Shown piece after piece: positions 26,712-36,288 of a DNA stretch of 64,000 bases. The translations under genes and the position numbers were made by a program. Under the pieces are notes generated by a model. It was not told where the DNA came from, did not search any database, and saw only the letters and a list, made by a program, of their open reading frames with translations. Every line of letters starts with the position of its first letter. The first letter of the stretch is position 1. Location of the stretch: the IMG/VR virus record IMGVR_UViG_3300045988_154248; one strand, 5' to 3'. Origin of the DNA: a virus.

Positions 26712-27656
26712 ATGAATACGCAAATTTTAAGATTGCCGAATGGCACAACAAAAAATATGTATGTATATCTTATTGGTGAAGATGAAAGTACAATTCAATT
26801 TATTGACCAAGACTATGCCGACATAAAACAATTTTTTGGAACAGAAATTATTGATTATATAGATATTGTTGACGAAGACAATAAACTTCTTGATTCTTTT
26901 AACATTTATCAAAAAGTATCTTCTATCATATGTACTACGGATGTAGTTACAGAATATGAGCCACGTTTGGTACAAGAAGCATATGATGAAACAGTAACAG
27001 ACAAAAATGAAGAAACGGATACAATTACAGAAACAGTTATTCATCATGATGCGATATATCAGGATGTAGCAAAATACAGAACTACAGATGTGATTATTGT
27101 AAAATTAGCAAAACCGTCTATTCGTGAAGAAGTTGAAAATATCAAATCTGTTGTTGGTATCGTAAATACCAATAGCATGAGCCTTGAAGAGTTTCGTGAT
27201 TATTATAAGGAACAAATCGGCAAACAATGTACTGCTGCTATTGAGAGTGGATTAGCTATCGAAACGAGTCTAGGAAAGCAACACTTTTCGTATACTATTG
27301 AAGATCAGAGTAATATGAAAGATCTTGTTATGACGGCTGAATTGACGGATTTTACTCTTCCACTTCCTTATCATGCAAATGGCGAACTTTGTGCTTTATA
27401 TCAACCTACGGACATTTTAAAAATTTATATGTCTTTAAGTGCTAATAAAACATATCATACAACATATTGCAATGTGTTAAACGCAATGATTAAAGATGCG
27501 AAAGATATTGAGTCTATTAAAAAGATTACATATGGTATGGAAATTACGGATGAGAAATATACAGATATTATCAAGACGGTGACTGATTCAAAAGACGCTC
27601 TGCTTGCAGCAGTTGAAAAGAAACTTGAGTCTCTCACTAAAACGGACGTTGCATGA
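26712..27656 (+). CDS. hypothetical late protein
   Basis: ATG 26712 after AAAGGAG. Located between the fibre genes and the lysis genes. Confidence 0.55.
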   Translation: MNTQILRLPNGTTKNMYVYLIGEDESTIQFIDQDYADIKQFFGTEIIDYIDIVDEDNKLLDSFNIYQKVSSIICTTDVVTEYEPRLVQEAYDETVTDKNEETDTITETVIHHDAIYQDVAKYRTTDVIIVKLAKPSIREEVENIKSVVGIVNTNSMSLEEFRDYYKEQIGKQCTAAIESGLAIETSLGKQHFSYTIEDQSNMKDLVMTAELTDFTLPLPYHANGELCALYQPTDILKIYMSLSANKTYHTTYCNVLNAMIKDAKDIESIKKITYGMEITDEKYTDIIKTVTDSKDALLAAVEKKLESLTKTDVA

Positions 27657-28129
27657 TGAGGAAATTAAATCGTATATTTTCTAAAATTCTATGTCATATC
27701 TTTATTTTTCTCCTTTCTGGAACAGTCTATTATGGAATGGAAATCTTATTTAAAAAATCTCATACATCACATTGGTCTATGTTCTTACTCGCAGGTTTTG
27801 CGGGTTTATTTTTTATTGATGGATTAAATGACTTATTTTCATTCGAAATGGATTACTTGCTGCAAATTTTAATCTGTACTATTGCTATCACGGCAGGTGA
27901 ATATGTAGTCGGTATTACTCTTAATCAGAATTATACTATATGGGATTACAGAAACATGCCATTTAACATTAGTGGACAAGTATGTCTGCCGTTTTGTTTT
28001 ATATGGATGTTTTTGTCTGCGATTTTTATTCCATTTTTAGACTGGGTAGAATGGGCAATCTTTGATCATAAACAATCTGAAAAACCTTATTATAAGATTT
28101 TCGGAAAAACAGTTTTTACATTTAAATAA
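27653..28129 (+). CDS. multi-pass membrane protein, holin-like candidate
   Basis: About four hydrophobic segments. The start overlaps the upstream stop (ATGA). It lies immediately upstream of the endolysin. Confidence 0.55.
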   Translation: MMRKLNRIFSKILCHIFIFLLSGTVYYGMEILFKKSHTSHWSMFLLAGFAGLFFIDGLNDLFSFEMDYLLQILICTIAITAGEYVVGITLNQNYTIWDYRNMPFNISGQVCLPFCFIWMFLSAIFIPFLDWVEWAIFDHKQSEKPYYKIFGKTVFTFK

Positions 28130-28149
28130 TTTGATGGGAGGTATCTATA

Positions 28150-29943
28150 TTGGCATCTCCCATTTTTTATGTTGGAGGTGATTTTGTGACAGAAAAAGAA
28201 TTCGTTGAAAAAATAGGTAAGCTTGCCGCCGAAGATATGAAGACAAGTGGAATTTTAGCATCAGTTACTACTGCCCAGGCTTGCTTGGAATCTGGATACG
28301 GAACAACAGAATTGGCAAAGAATGCAAATAATTTATTCGGAATGAAAACAAGTCTCTCTGGTAACACATGGACTTCTGCTTGGGATGGAAAGAGTAAATA
28401 TACGAAGAAAACAAATGAGCAAACCAAAGATGGGAAAGTTTATGTTGTAACTGCTGATTTTCGAAAGTATGCAGATATCCTGACTAGTATCAAAGACCAT
28501 TCCTATTATCTCAATGGAGCGATGAATGGAAAAGTAAAAAGATATGCGGGTTTATCTGGTTGCAAAGACTACAAAACAGCAACGCAGATCATAAAAAATG
28601 GTAGATATGCAACAGATGTTAAATATGTAGATAAAATTTGTAGTTTGATCGAACGATGGGATTTAACTCGTTTTGATAAACTCGGAAGGGAGAATTCGAA
28701 TATGAATATTATTGACGTTACAAATGCAAGCAGACCTTATGTCCCACAATGGGGAAATCAAAAACAATATATTGTAGTTCATTATCTTGGAGTAGCAGGG
28801 CAAAATAATAAAATTAATTCAGATGGATGTGGCGCGCATTACTATATTTATTGGGATGGTACGATTTATAAAGCAGCAGACCATAATGCTATCCTTTGGC
28901 AAGTAGGCACTGCAGGATACTATACTCAAAAACATCCATATGCAAGGAATAGTAACTGTATCGGAATCGAGATGTGTCCTAAGTGTGATGGATCTGGAAA
29001 ATATGCAGAAGATCCAACATGGTATTTTACAGAAGCAACGCAAAATGCTTGCGTACAATTAGTAAAATATTTGATGGGACAACTTGGTGTAGGTGCGGAT
29101 CATGTACTTAGACATTATGATGTTGTTAACAAATATTGTCCTGCTCCATATGTTACTAACAATAAATATAAAACTTCTTGGACATGGAGCGAATTTAAAG
29201 CAAAGCTAGGTTCTACTTCTACTCCTACTGTTGCACCGTCCACACCAGCACAAACAAAAACATATAAAGTTGGTATGTATAAGGTAAATTGTGATCTTCA
29301 TATCAGATCGGATGCAACTGTTAATTCAAAAGTTGTCAATACTATTCGAGATCGTGGCGAGTATACTATAACAGAGATTAAGAATAATTGTTGGGGTAAA
29401 CTAAAATCTGGAGCTGGCTGGATCAATGTTTCGGATGAATATTGTACGTATGTTGGTGTAGTAGCCACTGCAAATAAACCAGTGCCTAAACCAACCGTAA
29501 AGCCAGCTACACCTGTATACAAAGTAGGAAAATATAAAGTTAATTGTGATGCTTTAACAATTAGAAGCGATGCATCCAGCAAGGCAAGCGCAACTGGAAG
29601 CATTCGTGACAAAGGAACTTATAATATCACTGAAATCAAAAATACATACTGGGGTAAGCTAAAATCAGGTGCAGGTTGGATTTGCATTGACAAAGATTTT
29701 TGTACCTATGTCGGTGTTTTGGATAAGCATAGCACTGTTGTAAATAAAGAATTTCAAATTGCAGTTAAGGAAAATGGCATCAGAGTTCGTGCTTCTGCTG
29801 GTCTAAGCGCTAGAATTGCTATTGGTTCTTGCCCTATTGGAACATATACTATCACAGAAACAAAAACTGCTGATGGATATACATGGGGTAAATTGAAATC
29901 TGGTGCAGGATGGATAGCAATTGAATGCTGTGTTAGATTATAA
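28150..29943 (+). CDS. modular endolysin: glucosaminidase, amidase_2 and three SH3-like wall-binding repeats
   Basis: AQACLESGYG..NNLFG indicates a LytD-type glucosaminidase. IVVHYLG...CIGIEMC...HVLRHYDV..KYCP indicates an amidase. The unit YKV(G)..NCD..IRSDA..G.Y.ITEIKN..WGKLKSGAGWI occurs three times. An alternative GTG start at 28186 follows GGAGGTG. Confidence 0.85.
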   Translation: MASPIFYVGGDFVTEKEFVEKIGKLAAEDMKTSGILASVTTAQACLESGYGTTELAKNANNLFGMKTSLSGNTWTSAWDGKSKYTKKTNEQTKDGKVYVVTADFRKYADILTSIKDHSYYLNGAMNGKVKRYAGLSGCKDYKTATQIIKNGRYATDVKYVDKICSLIERWDLTRFDKLGRENSNMNIIDVTNASRPYVPQWGNQKQYIVVHYLGVAGQNNKINSDGCGAHYYIYWDGTIYKAADHNAILWQVGTAGYYTQKHPYARNSNCIGIEMCPKCDGSGKYAEDPTWYFTEATQNACVQLVKYLMGQLGVGADHVLRHYDVVNKYCPAPYVTNNKYKTSWTWSEFKAKLGSTSTPTVAPSTPAQTKTYKVGMYKVNCDLHIRSDATVNSKVVNTIRDRGEYTITEIKNNCWGKLKSGAGWINVSDEYCTYVGVVATANKPVPKPTVKPATPVYKVGKYKVNCDALTIRSDASSKASATGSIRDKGTYNITEIKNTYWGKLKSGAGWICIDKDFCTYVGVLDKHSTVVNKEFQIAVKENGIRVRASAGLSARIAIGSCPIGTYTITETKTADGYTWGKLKSGAGWIAIECCVRL

Positions 29944-30123
29944 TAAATACATGCGTGAAATAAGAAAAGCCACCCTCATCAGGCAGCCAGAAAAGAAATT
30001 TTTCTTTTTTCACCATCATATGAAACAACCGTTTCATCAGTGCAAAAATAGTATATCATATAAGATAAAATGATGCAATAATTTTATGGGGAATATCAAT
30101 TAATTTTGGTATTCCCCATTTTT

Positions 30124-31608
30124 TTACGCTTTTTTATTATTTTTCTGTATTTTTAGATACGTTTCAGGATATCTGTATTGTAGTATATTCATGGCTTTTA
30201 TCATATTTTTTTCTATTACGTGTACCATACCCTTTAATTCGCTATATGAAATATAATCGCTGTCAATTTGATCGACAATATATTTTATTTTATCGACCCA
30301 ATAATCCTCTATTGGTTTTTCTTTTGTTTTAATATACTTATAGCATTGTGGCATATAATAAAAATCATTTCTTCTGATGTCTTGACAAATTTGTTGCATG
30401 AAAGCATTAAATCCTCCTACAGTTAATCTTCTAACTTTGTCAGAATTCTTAAAATATAAGTCAATATAATATTCAATTTTAGGATAATACTTTTTATCTA
30501 ATTCAGAATACCTCTTTCCTTTAGGCGGTATATTCCTACTGCTACTATGTGCATAATTTTGGCTTATTATTTTTTGTTTTTCAACTTCATATTGACCGTT
30601 AATTATTTTACTTACATTACAAGGTAAAATATGATATTGTTTTGCAAGCTTGTTTATGCCGTTATCTTTTGTATACTCTGATCGAATTCTTTCGACTAAT
30701 TCCGAATCAATTTGTTTCGCCGTTTTGCATACAAAAATATCAGATATTTGTATATCTAAAAATAATAATATATGAATTGTTCTAAGTGGATTCGCTTTAT
30801 TTGAAAATATATCTTGCATTTTCTTAATCTGAGAATTCTTTTCTATACTATTCTCTAACAAGTATTGTTCAAAATCATTAATAAATGCTGACTTATGTTG
30901 TAGCCACGAAAGTTGATTTATATACCGTTTTTGAATTAATTTTTTATAGAATACATCAAACATCGTAATACCGTTTTTAAGACTCTGTTTTCTTACTACT
31001 AATTGATATAGGTATTTTGCGGTATTTATTTCACCGATGGTTCCCATATTATACGAATAATCATCATCAATACAATTTTCAGCTGCATGAAAATTAATTA
31101 TTCTTGAATTATTAACATTAATTGACGAATCTTTAAGTTTACATCCGTGAATTACACAAACATTAATTTCTGGAATTTGATGAAAAGCATTCCAATATGT
31201 TTCGTGATATTGCTCTCTATTTTCTTTTGCACATAATGGACAATATTTTAGAAATATTTTTTGATGTTTATGTTTTGGTCTTAATGGAAGATATTCTGTA
31301 AAACTCTTGTCATTTGATATGAACTTTCTCAACGCATCTTCTTTGTTTGATTTGTTTAAAAATAAAGACCAATAGAAAAACATAGTGTGATTATAATATA
31401 AATCATTAACTATATAATTTTTCGACATAAAGGAATACAATGTGTCACTCGGTTCATTCACATAAAATATTTCGATGTATTCATGCGGTTGTTTAAACAC
31501 GATTTCTTTAAAAGATTGATTATTCTGTACATTTATATCTTGTTTCAATCTTGAATACACGCTATAGAATAATTCATGTTCATATATTTTTGGAAAGTAA
31601 TTTATCAT
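30124..31608 (-). CDS. tniQ: TniQ/TnsD-family target-selection protein
   Basis: N-terminus FPKIYEHELFYSVYSRL is the TniQ signature. A zinc motif CPLCAKEN...CVIHGCKL is present. The start overlaps tnsC by 4 nt. Confidence 0.7.
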   Translation of the reverse strand: MINYFPKIYEHELFYSVYSRLKQDINVQNNQSFKEIVFKQPHEYIEIFYVNEPSDTLYSFMSKNYIVNDLYYNHTMFFYWSLFLNKSNKEDALRKFISNDKSFTEYLPLRPKHKHQKIFLKYCPLCAKENREQYHETYWNAFHQIPEINVCVIHGCKLKDSSINVNNSRIINFHAAENCIDDDYSYNMGTIGEINTAKYLYQLVVRKQSLKNGITMFDVFYKKLIQKRYINQLSWLQHKSAFINDFEQYLLENSIEKNSQIKKMQDIFSNKANPLRTIHILLFLDIQISDIFVCKTAKQIDSELVERIRSEYTKDNGINKLAKQYHILPCNVSKIINGQYEVEKQKIISQNYAHSSSRNIPPKGKRYSELDKKYYPKIEYYIDLYFKNSDKVRRLTVGGFNAFMQQICQDIRRNDFYYMPQCYKYIKTKEKPIEDYWVDKIKYIVDQIDSDYISYSELKGMVHVIEKNMIKAMNILQYRYPETYLKIQKNNKKA

Positions 31609-32810
31609 AATTCTACCTCTTCTACAGTAAAAGTATTTTTAATAAGAGTTAAAAGATTACAATTATTAGACTGCGAATGATCATACAAATTCGCAATACT
31701 AATTCCGTCTGGATGTTTAATTATTATATTTTCAACGGGTTTCTTCATGGACGATTTAATCTTTTTTTGTATTCTTTCTGGATGCATGGACGCCGTTTCA
31801 TTATATGATGCATTGAAAATATTAATGTTTAATTCTTCTGTGCCACTCATAATAGCTAGTTCTTGAGCCTTGTAGAATAGCGATACAACCGTTGACGTTA
31901 CTCCATTAGAATGTGAATATAACCAATTTATAAGCTTCTCAGATGGTTCTGTATACTGCTGTACATATTGAAAATGCAACAACTTATTACAGAAATGTAT
32001 AAAAGCATCATCGTAATCCGTTTGTAGATATCGCAATCCAATTGTCCTTCTCTCTAAATGAGGAGCGCTTTCGAACCAATGCAAACATTCCGGTGTTCCC
32101 ACCATACAGATACTAATTCCGCTGCTATTGATGATTTGTGTCAACGATCCAATAAGCTTTTCGCCATTTTTATTGTTGACAACATTCTGAATTTCGTCAA
32201 CAATTAATACGCCAACATGATTTAAACATATTTGACTAACAAAACCAATCAGTCTATCTATTGTATATCGTTGTGCTATTTGCAAATAATCTCCGTCTAG
32301 TGTAGCATCAAGAATACGAACAATTTCTAATAACAGACTTTTTACAGATGAGTCAAATGGGCATTGTACGAGTATAAATGGAGCAATTCTTTGGTACGGA
32401 TCAGTTGTTTCAATAAATTTGTTTCCAGAAATCAATGATATTGCTCTGGTAATAGCACTACTCTTCCCTATGCCAGAAACTCCAATGATTGTAAACGAAT
32501 CAGCACCACCTATAATACCATTATACGTTTGTATGGTGTTTGTTGTATTTTCGATTCTTTGCTGTTTTACCATCATATCATTTTCTTTTTTCTTAATCGA
32601 CCTGAGTAATGCCATATACAATTTATTATATACATCAACAGATAATTGTGATGGAATATAAATATCATATAATTCTGATAACGCCAGAAGACGAGTTGGC
32701 ATTGTTTCATTGGCAATGTTTATATTATAGTTTGGTAATATCTGCAATTGATTTATCAGCTTATCGCCACATAAAAAATCAGGCAATTGTGAAAGTAATT
32801 TACCGTTCAT
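31605..32810 (-). CDS. tnsC: TnsC/TniB-like AAA+ ATPase
   Basis: Walker A GVSGIGKS and Walker B VLIVDEIQN. Operon position lies between the transposase and tniQ. Confidence 0.75.
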   Translation of the reverse strand: MNGKLLSQLPDFLCGDKLINQLQILPNYNINIANETMPTRLLALSELYDIYIPSQLSVDVYNKLYMALLRSIKKKENDMMVKQQRIENTTNTIQTYNGIIGGADSFTIIGVSGIGKSSAITRAISLISGNKFIETTDPYQRIAPFILVQCPFDSSVKSLLLEIVRILDATLDGDYLQIAQRYTIDRLIGFVSQICLNHVGVLIVDEIQNVVNNKNGEKLIGSLTQIINSSGISICMVGTPECLHWFESAPHLERRTIGLRYLQTDYDDAFIHFCNKLLHFQYVQQYTEPSEKLINWLYSHSNGVTSTVVSLFYKAQELAIMSGTEELNINIFNASYNETASMHPERIQKKIKSSMKKPVENIIIKHPDGISIANLYDHSQSNNCNLLTLIKNTFTVEEVEL

Positions 32811-34540
32811 CTTTTAACTCCTCCCCTAGCAATCAATTCAATCTCATTCATCAGATCAATCTTCGCCTGTCGTGCATTGATTTGTTCAGAACGTAGTGTT
32901 GTTTTGCTCTGTTCTTTGATCTGTTCCACTTCATCCAATTTTCTATTCTTATATCTGCTTTCAACCAATTCAAAAGGAATAAACTCGCCCTTCTCTACTG
33001 TCCATACTACAGATACATCATCTGGATCGTAAGCAACCTTAACATCTCCACCTTGCAGGAATCTTTCGGCGCAATCATCCCGTTTATACCGCATCCCATT
33101 TACCACTAGACCACGCCTAGTGAATGTCCCAATGGTACGTGGGAGCAGATATAGGATTATTTTCGCGGTGTCATGCGGGAATGGAATTAAATTTGCGCCT
33201 GGTTGCTGTCTTCCCCATTCCCATATACTGGCTGCATATGGCTTTACTCCGTCTTCGATCATGGATTGTGTGTAAGGGAATCTTTCTATGAGCCGTTGGC
33301 TGTTGTAGTAGATAATACAACGCAGGATGATCTTTTCGAAATCAAACATTGTCAAACAGGCATCCAATCTGTAATCTCTTGCACCTCGTTCTTGGAAGTC
33401 TGGATCAATCACGCCTTTACCCTTAAGAAGAGGTTTATACATGGATTGAATGATGTCAAAGAATTTCTCTACTGCTCCTTTTAACTCTGGCCTGTAAGGT
33501 GGAAGATTTACCATAGTCACACCTGTTTCTGTAATCTGTGCAAAGGATTCTGAAGTATACTCGCGTCCCATATCTGTTACAAAGATAGCTGGCAACTCTT
33601 GCACGTTCCACTGGGATTTTTCTAGTGAGATGCCGAACTTTCTACACCATTCTGTTTTGTCTGTAAGGATATTTTGGAGCAGATGACATAAACTCTTTGT
33701 ATCGTTATTCCATGAGAGAACATAGCCATAACACATACTGCTGTAAGCATCAATACAAGTAGTTAGGATCGGGCGACCTTTTAAGGTTCCTGTCTCGTCT
33801 ATGAGGTAGATGTCACATACAGTTGAATCGAACATACCCGTCCCTATGTTGGTTGCAAACTCACGGATACCATCTCCTAGCAAGGGACGATTGTTCCGCT
33901 GATAATTTGACAGTCCATCTCTGGAAATATAATAAGTTTGGAGCTTCTTGGTTTTCCGGTAAAAGTATCGAAACTGATAAAAGGATGGATGATCGGATAG
34001 TAACTGTCCCATGCTGTCACAATACTTTTCTTTCAGCATCATCTCATATGCTGTAACAAGACTGTTTTGTCTGCGTGTATAGAAGAACTTATTCAATGCC
34101 CATCTCATGTTTTTCTCATCTTTAGTCAGTACCTTTTCTTTCGTATGAACTTTTGGTGCAAGTACAGTGACGGTCTGAAAGATTAGATACTGATACAGAT
34201 AGCGGCGGATGGTCTGCTTACTAATGTTATGCTCCTCTGAGATGGAAGAGATGATGTTTGCAGTTGCTGTACTGTCTCCTAAGTGGTACAGGATTGGTGC
34301 AATCAGAGTGTATCTCTCATGCGCAATGCGCATTTGATCAGATGTAAGCTCCTGTTCGGCTGGTGGAGTGATGTTAAGCGCGTCATATAAATGCTTCTCT
34401 GGCAATGGGGTATATTGCGTTCTGAGCGTCCAGAATGGCATTTTCGGATGGAGACAGTCAATTACAAGGGTCTGGTTATCTGATGTCTTTAAAATTCTGT
34501 AGAACGTGTTATTGATATAGGCTATTTCAGCTTTCTGCAT
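32807..34540 (-). CDS. tnsB: TnsB-like DDE (rve/Mu-type) transposase
   Basis: N-terminal HTH region. DDE contexts are STVCDIYLID, IFVTDMGREY and LKGAVEKFF. A Mu-transposase-like C-terminal region follows. Confidence 0.8.
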   Translation of the reverse strand: MQKAEIAYINNTFYRILKTSDNQTLVIDCLHPKMPFWTLRTQYTPLPEKHLYDALNITPPAEQELTSDQMRIAHERYTLIAPILYHLGDSTATANIISSISEEHNISKQTIRRYLYQYLIFQTVTVLAPKVHTKEKVLTKDEKNMRWALNKFFYTRRQNSLVTAYEMMLKEKYCDSMGQLLSDHPSFYQFRYFYRKTKKLQTYYISRDGLSNYQRNNRPLLGDGIREFATNIGTGMFDSTVCDIYLIDETGTLKGRPILTTCIDAYSSMCYGYVLSWNNDTKSLCHLLQNILTDKTEWCRKFGISLEKSQWNVQELPAIFVTDMGREYTSESFAQITETGVTMVNLPPYRPELKGAVEKFFDIIQSMYKPLLKGKGVIDPDFQERGARDYRLDACLTMFDFEKIILRCIIYYNSQRLIERFPYTQSMIEDGVKPYAASIWEWGRQQPGANLIPFPHDTAKIILYLLPRTIGTFTRRGLVVNGMRYKRDDCAERFLQGGDVKVAYDPDDVSVVWTVEKGEFIPFELVESRYKNRKLDEVEQIKEQSKTTLRSEQINARQAKIDLMNEIELIARGGVKR

Positions 34541-34871
34541 CTGTTACAATCCCCCAATCTTGAACGTGATGGGCAAGCCAGTAGGAATGTGATATGTCCA
34601 GAAGTTTAATTGTAAGTGGCTTGGGCTTGGTCAGATGACTTCGTTCTACGCACTCTCGGACATATTGTGTACCATCCTGTCGGGTGATAAGGAAGTCTGT
34701 GGTATAGTCTTCATCTTCGAGTGGCGCATTGCATTGGAAAGATTGAACAGATGGATCGGTTTCCAGTTTGTCTGCATAAACAGATTGGATGGTATTGTAG
34801 CATCGGCAGATCGTGTCACATTTAGAGAGAGACTTTTTCTCACAGCGTCCTTTGTAGTTTTTCTTGTACAT
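34527..34871 (-). CDS. tnsA: short TnsA-like endonuclease subunit
   Basis: SVYADKLETDPSVQSF...YTTDFLITRQDG...RECV fits the TnsA N-terminal catalytic-domain pattern. It overlaps the tnsB start by 14 nt. Confidence 0.6.
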   Translation of the reverse strand: MYKKNYKGRCEKKSLSKCDTICRCYNTIQSVYADKLETDPSVQSFQCNAPLEDEDYTTDFLITRQDGTQYVRECVERSHLTKPKPLTIKLLDISHSYWLAHHVQDWGIVTDAES

Positions 34872-34892
34872 AGTGTACCTCCTTTGATTTTA

Positions 34893-34990
34893 TGTGTCGA
34901 AAAAGTTACCCAAAAATGAATTATGTGTGTTTCGAAAAGTACCCAAAAATGCTTGTTTTTGGGCGTGTGTAAGAATAAGTACCCAAATCC
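34893..34990 (+). repeat. transposon right-end repeat array (candidate TnsB-binding sites)
   Basis: Three direct units have the form TGTGT-n-GAAAAGT(T)ACCCAAAAATG and start at 34893, 34924 and 34966. Two inverted partial copies lie at 34952-34968 and 34989-35009. Confidence 0.6.
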
Positions 34991-35005
34991 TGTTGTTTTT
35001 GGTAA

Positions 35006-35056
35006 AATCTGGGAAAGCACGAATCCAGTGTTTATGCGGGTTCCCAGATTTTTTAA
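35006..35056 (+). terminator. long-loop hairpin with a T-run at the transposon edge
   Basis: aatctgggaa ... ttcccagatt followed by tttttaat. Confidence 0.35.
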
Positions 35057-35622
35057 TATTTATCATTACACATCCCCAAAAATAGAGTAAAAAATATACT
35101 ATGTTTCAAGGCAACCTCCTTGAGCCTAAAAAGGGCAAAACTGTTGGTTCTGCCGCTGATATGACTATAGAATATTTAATAGATATTTTGACATATATTT
35201 TCGTGTAAACTTTTCCGACCGGAAGGTTTTGTCTATGTTTGGAAAGGGCTGATGAGAAATGGATATGGGATAGATACAAGCAGATGAAATCACAGTTTCA
35301 TCGGAAAATTTCAAAATTGCCAATCCCAAAAACCCAGTATTTAAGCCTTTTTATCTGTGCATAATTTGTTATTAACGTAAAAAAAGACCTCATAACCACA
35401 TTTCTATGGTTACAAGGTCTTCATTTTGTTATTTTTCAATTACTCCGGCTTGTGTCCGGGCTGATGATCGGGGTAAGGGACAGTTGGAAGCTGGTCGGTG
35501 ATCTGTTAGCGAACGGCTAGAGGATCAGTGACTTTGCCCTTTTGAGGATCAACTGGATTGCCCTGGGACATAGAGAAAACCTTGTATGGGGATATTATAA
35601 CCTTGGATTCTCTCCATGTCAA

Positions 35623-36288
35623 CTATCCTACCACTCTAACATCGGCATAATACATACCGGAATTAAGAGCTTCTGAATGGCTGTCAACATAAATATCAAC
35701 GCATCCACTTGGCACTCCACGATCTTCTACAGTGTAGATCTGACCGTTAATTTCTACTTTAGTTCCAAACGGTAAATCAGCCATGGCAACTGTTCTGCCA
35801 GCTACAGGATATGTACCAGATGCCGTTGGACTGCCAGCCCAGGAACCATTGCAGTTTGCACATCCGCAGTAATGAGTGATTCGATATGCACCAAGACTGT
35901 AGCAGGAATAAGAAGTTGTCTCTACGAATTCCGTCTCAATTGGTTCAGCCTGTTGAATAGGCTCTGAGATAAGCGGGGTATCAGAAAGATATTCATTTGA
36001 CATATAGAATACATTATCACCAATCTGTACTTTTGCCCAGTTGCCCTCTGTGATGTCAAGCACCTCTACTGATGCTCCATATGGAAGAGCGCCAATTTTC
36101 TGAGACTCAACAGAATCACCTGTTCGATAATTAAGACCGATGCTAGGTTCAACATATTTAGTCTCTGCATTAGCCAGTGTTGGAGTGAGTAATACGGTTA
36201 GTAGAGTTACAGTAGTTGTTAGTTTTTTCTTAAAATTATTCAATGGTTTAGACCTCCTGACTTTCGTATACTTGGACTTCTTTCGCAA
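35623..36288 (-). CDS. secreted SH3 + 3D-domain (RlpA-like fold) cell-wall protein
   Basis: Signal/TM segment LTVLLTPTLANA. The C-terminus YRITHYCGCANCNG...GRTVAMAD...INGQIYTVEDRG...VDIYV matches the 3D-domain pattern. Confidence 0.65.
   Translation of the reverse strand: MRKKSKYTKVRRSKPLNNFKKKLTTTVTLLTVLLTPTLANAETKYVEPSIGLNYRTGDSVESQKIGALPYGASVEVLDITEGNWAKVQIGDNVFYMSNEYLSDTPLISEPIQQAEPIETEFVETTSYSCYSLGAYRITHYCGCANCNGSWAGSPTASGTYPVAGRTVAMADLPFGTKVEINGQIYTVEDRGVPSGCVDIYVDSHSEALNSGMYYADVRVVG

Larger units (their letters stand above)
30060..35075 (-). mobile_element. Tn7-like transposon (core machinery only); boundaries approximate
   Basis: An overlapping tnsA-tnsB-tnsC-tniQ operon, plus an array of direct and inverted repeats directly upstream of tnsA. 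The left end is not identified. Confidence 0.6.

Noticed and set aside
29391-29411. ggggtaaactaaaatctgg in the endolysin resembles the ggtaaaatctggg motif at the transposon right end.
   Set aside because: It is the coding sequence of the conserved WGKLKSGAGW motif, repeated three times in the SH3 domains, so the resemblance is coincidental.
31605-34540. TnsB and TnsC as MuA/MuB-type replicative transposition genes of the phage itself.
   Set aside because: TnsA-like and TniQ/TnsD-like genes are present in the same coupled operon. The phage also has a full DnaE, ligase and RecJ replication set. Both argue for a resident Tn7-like element.
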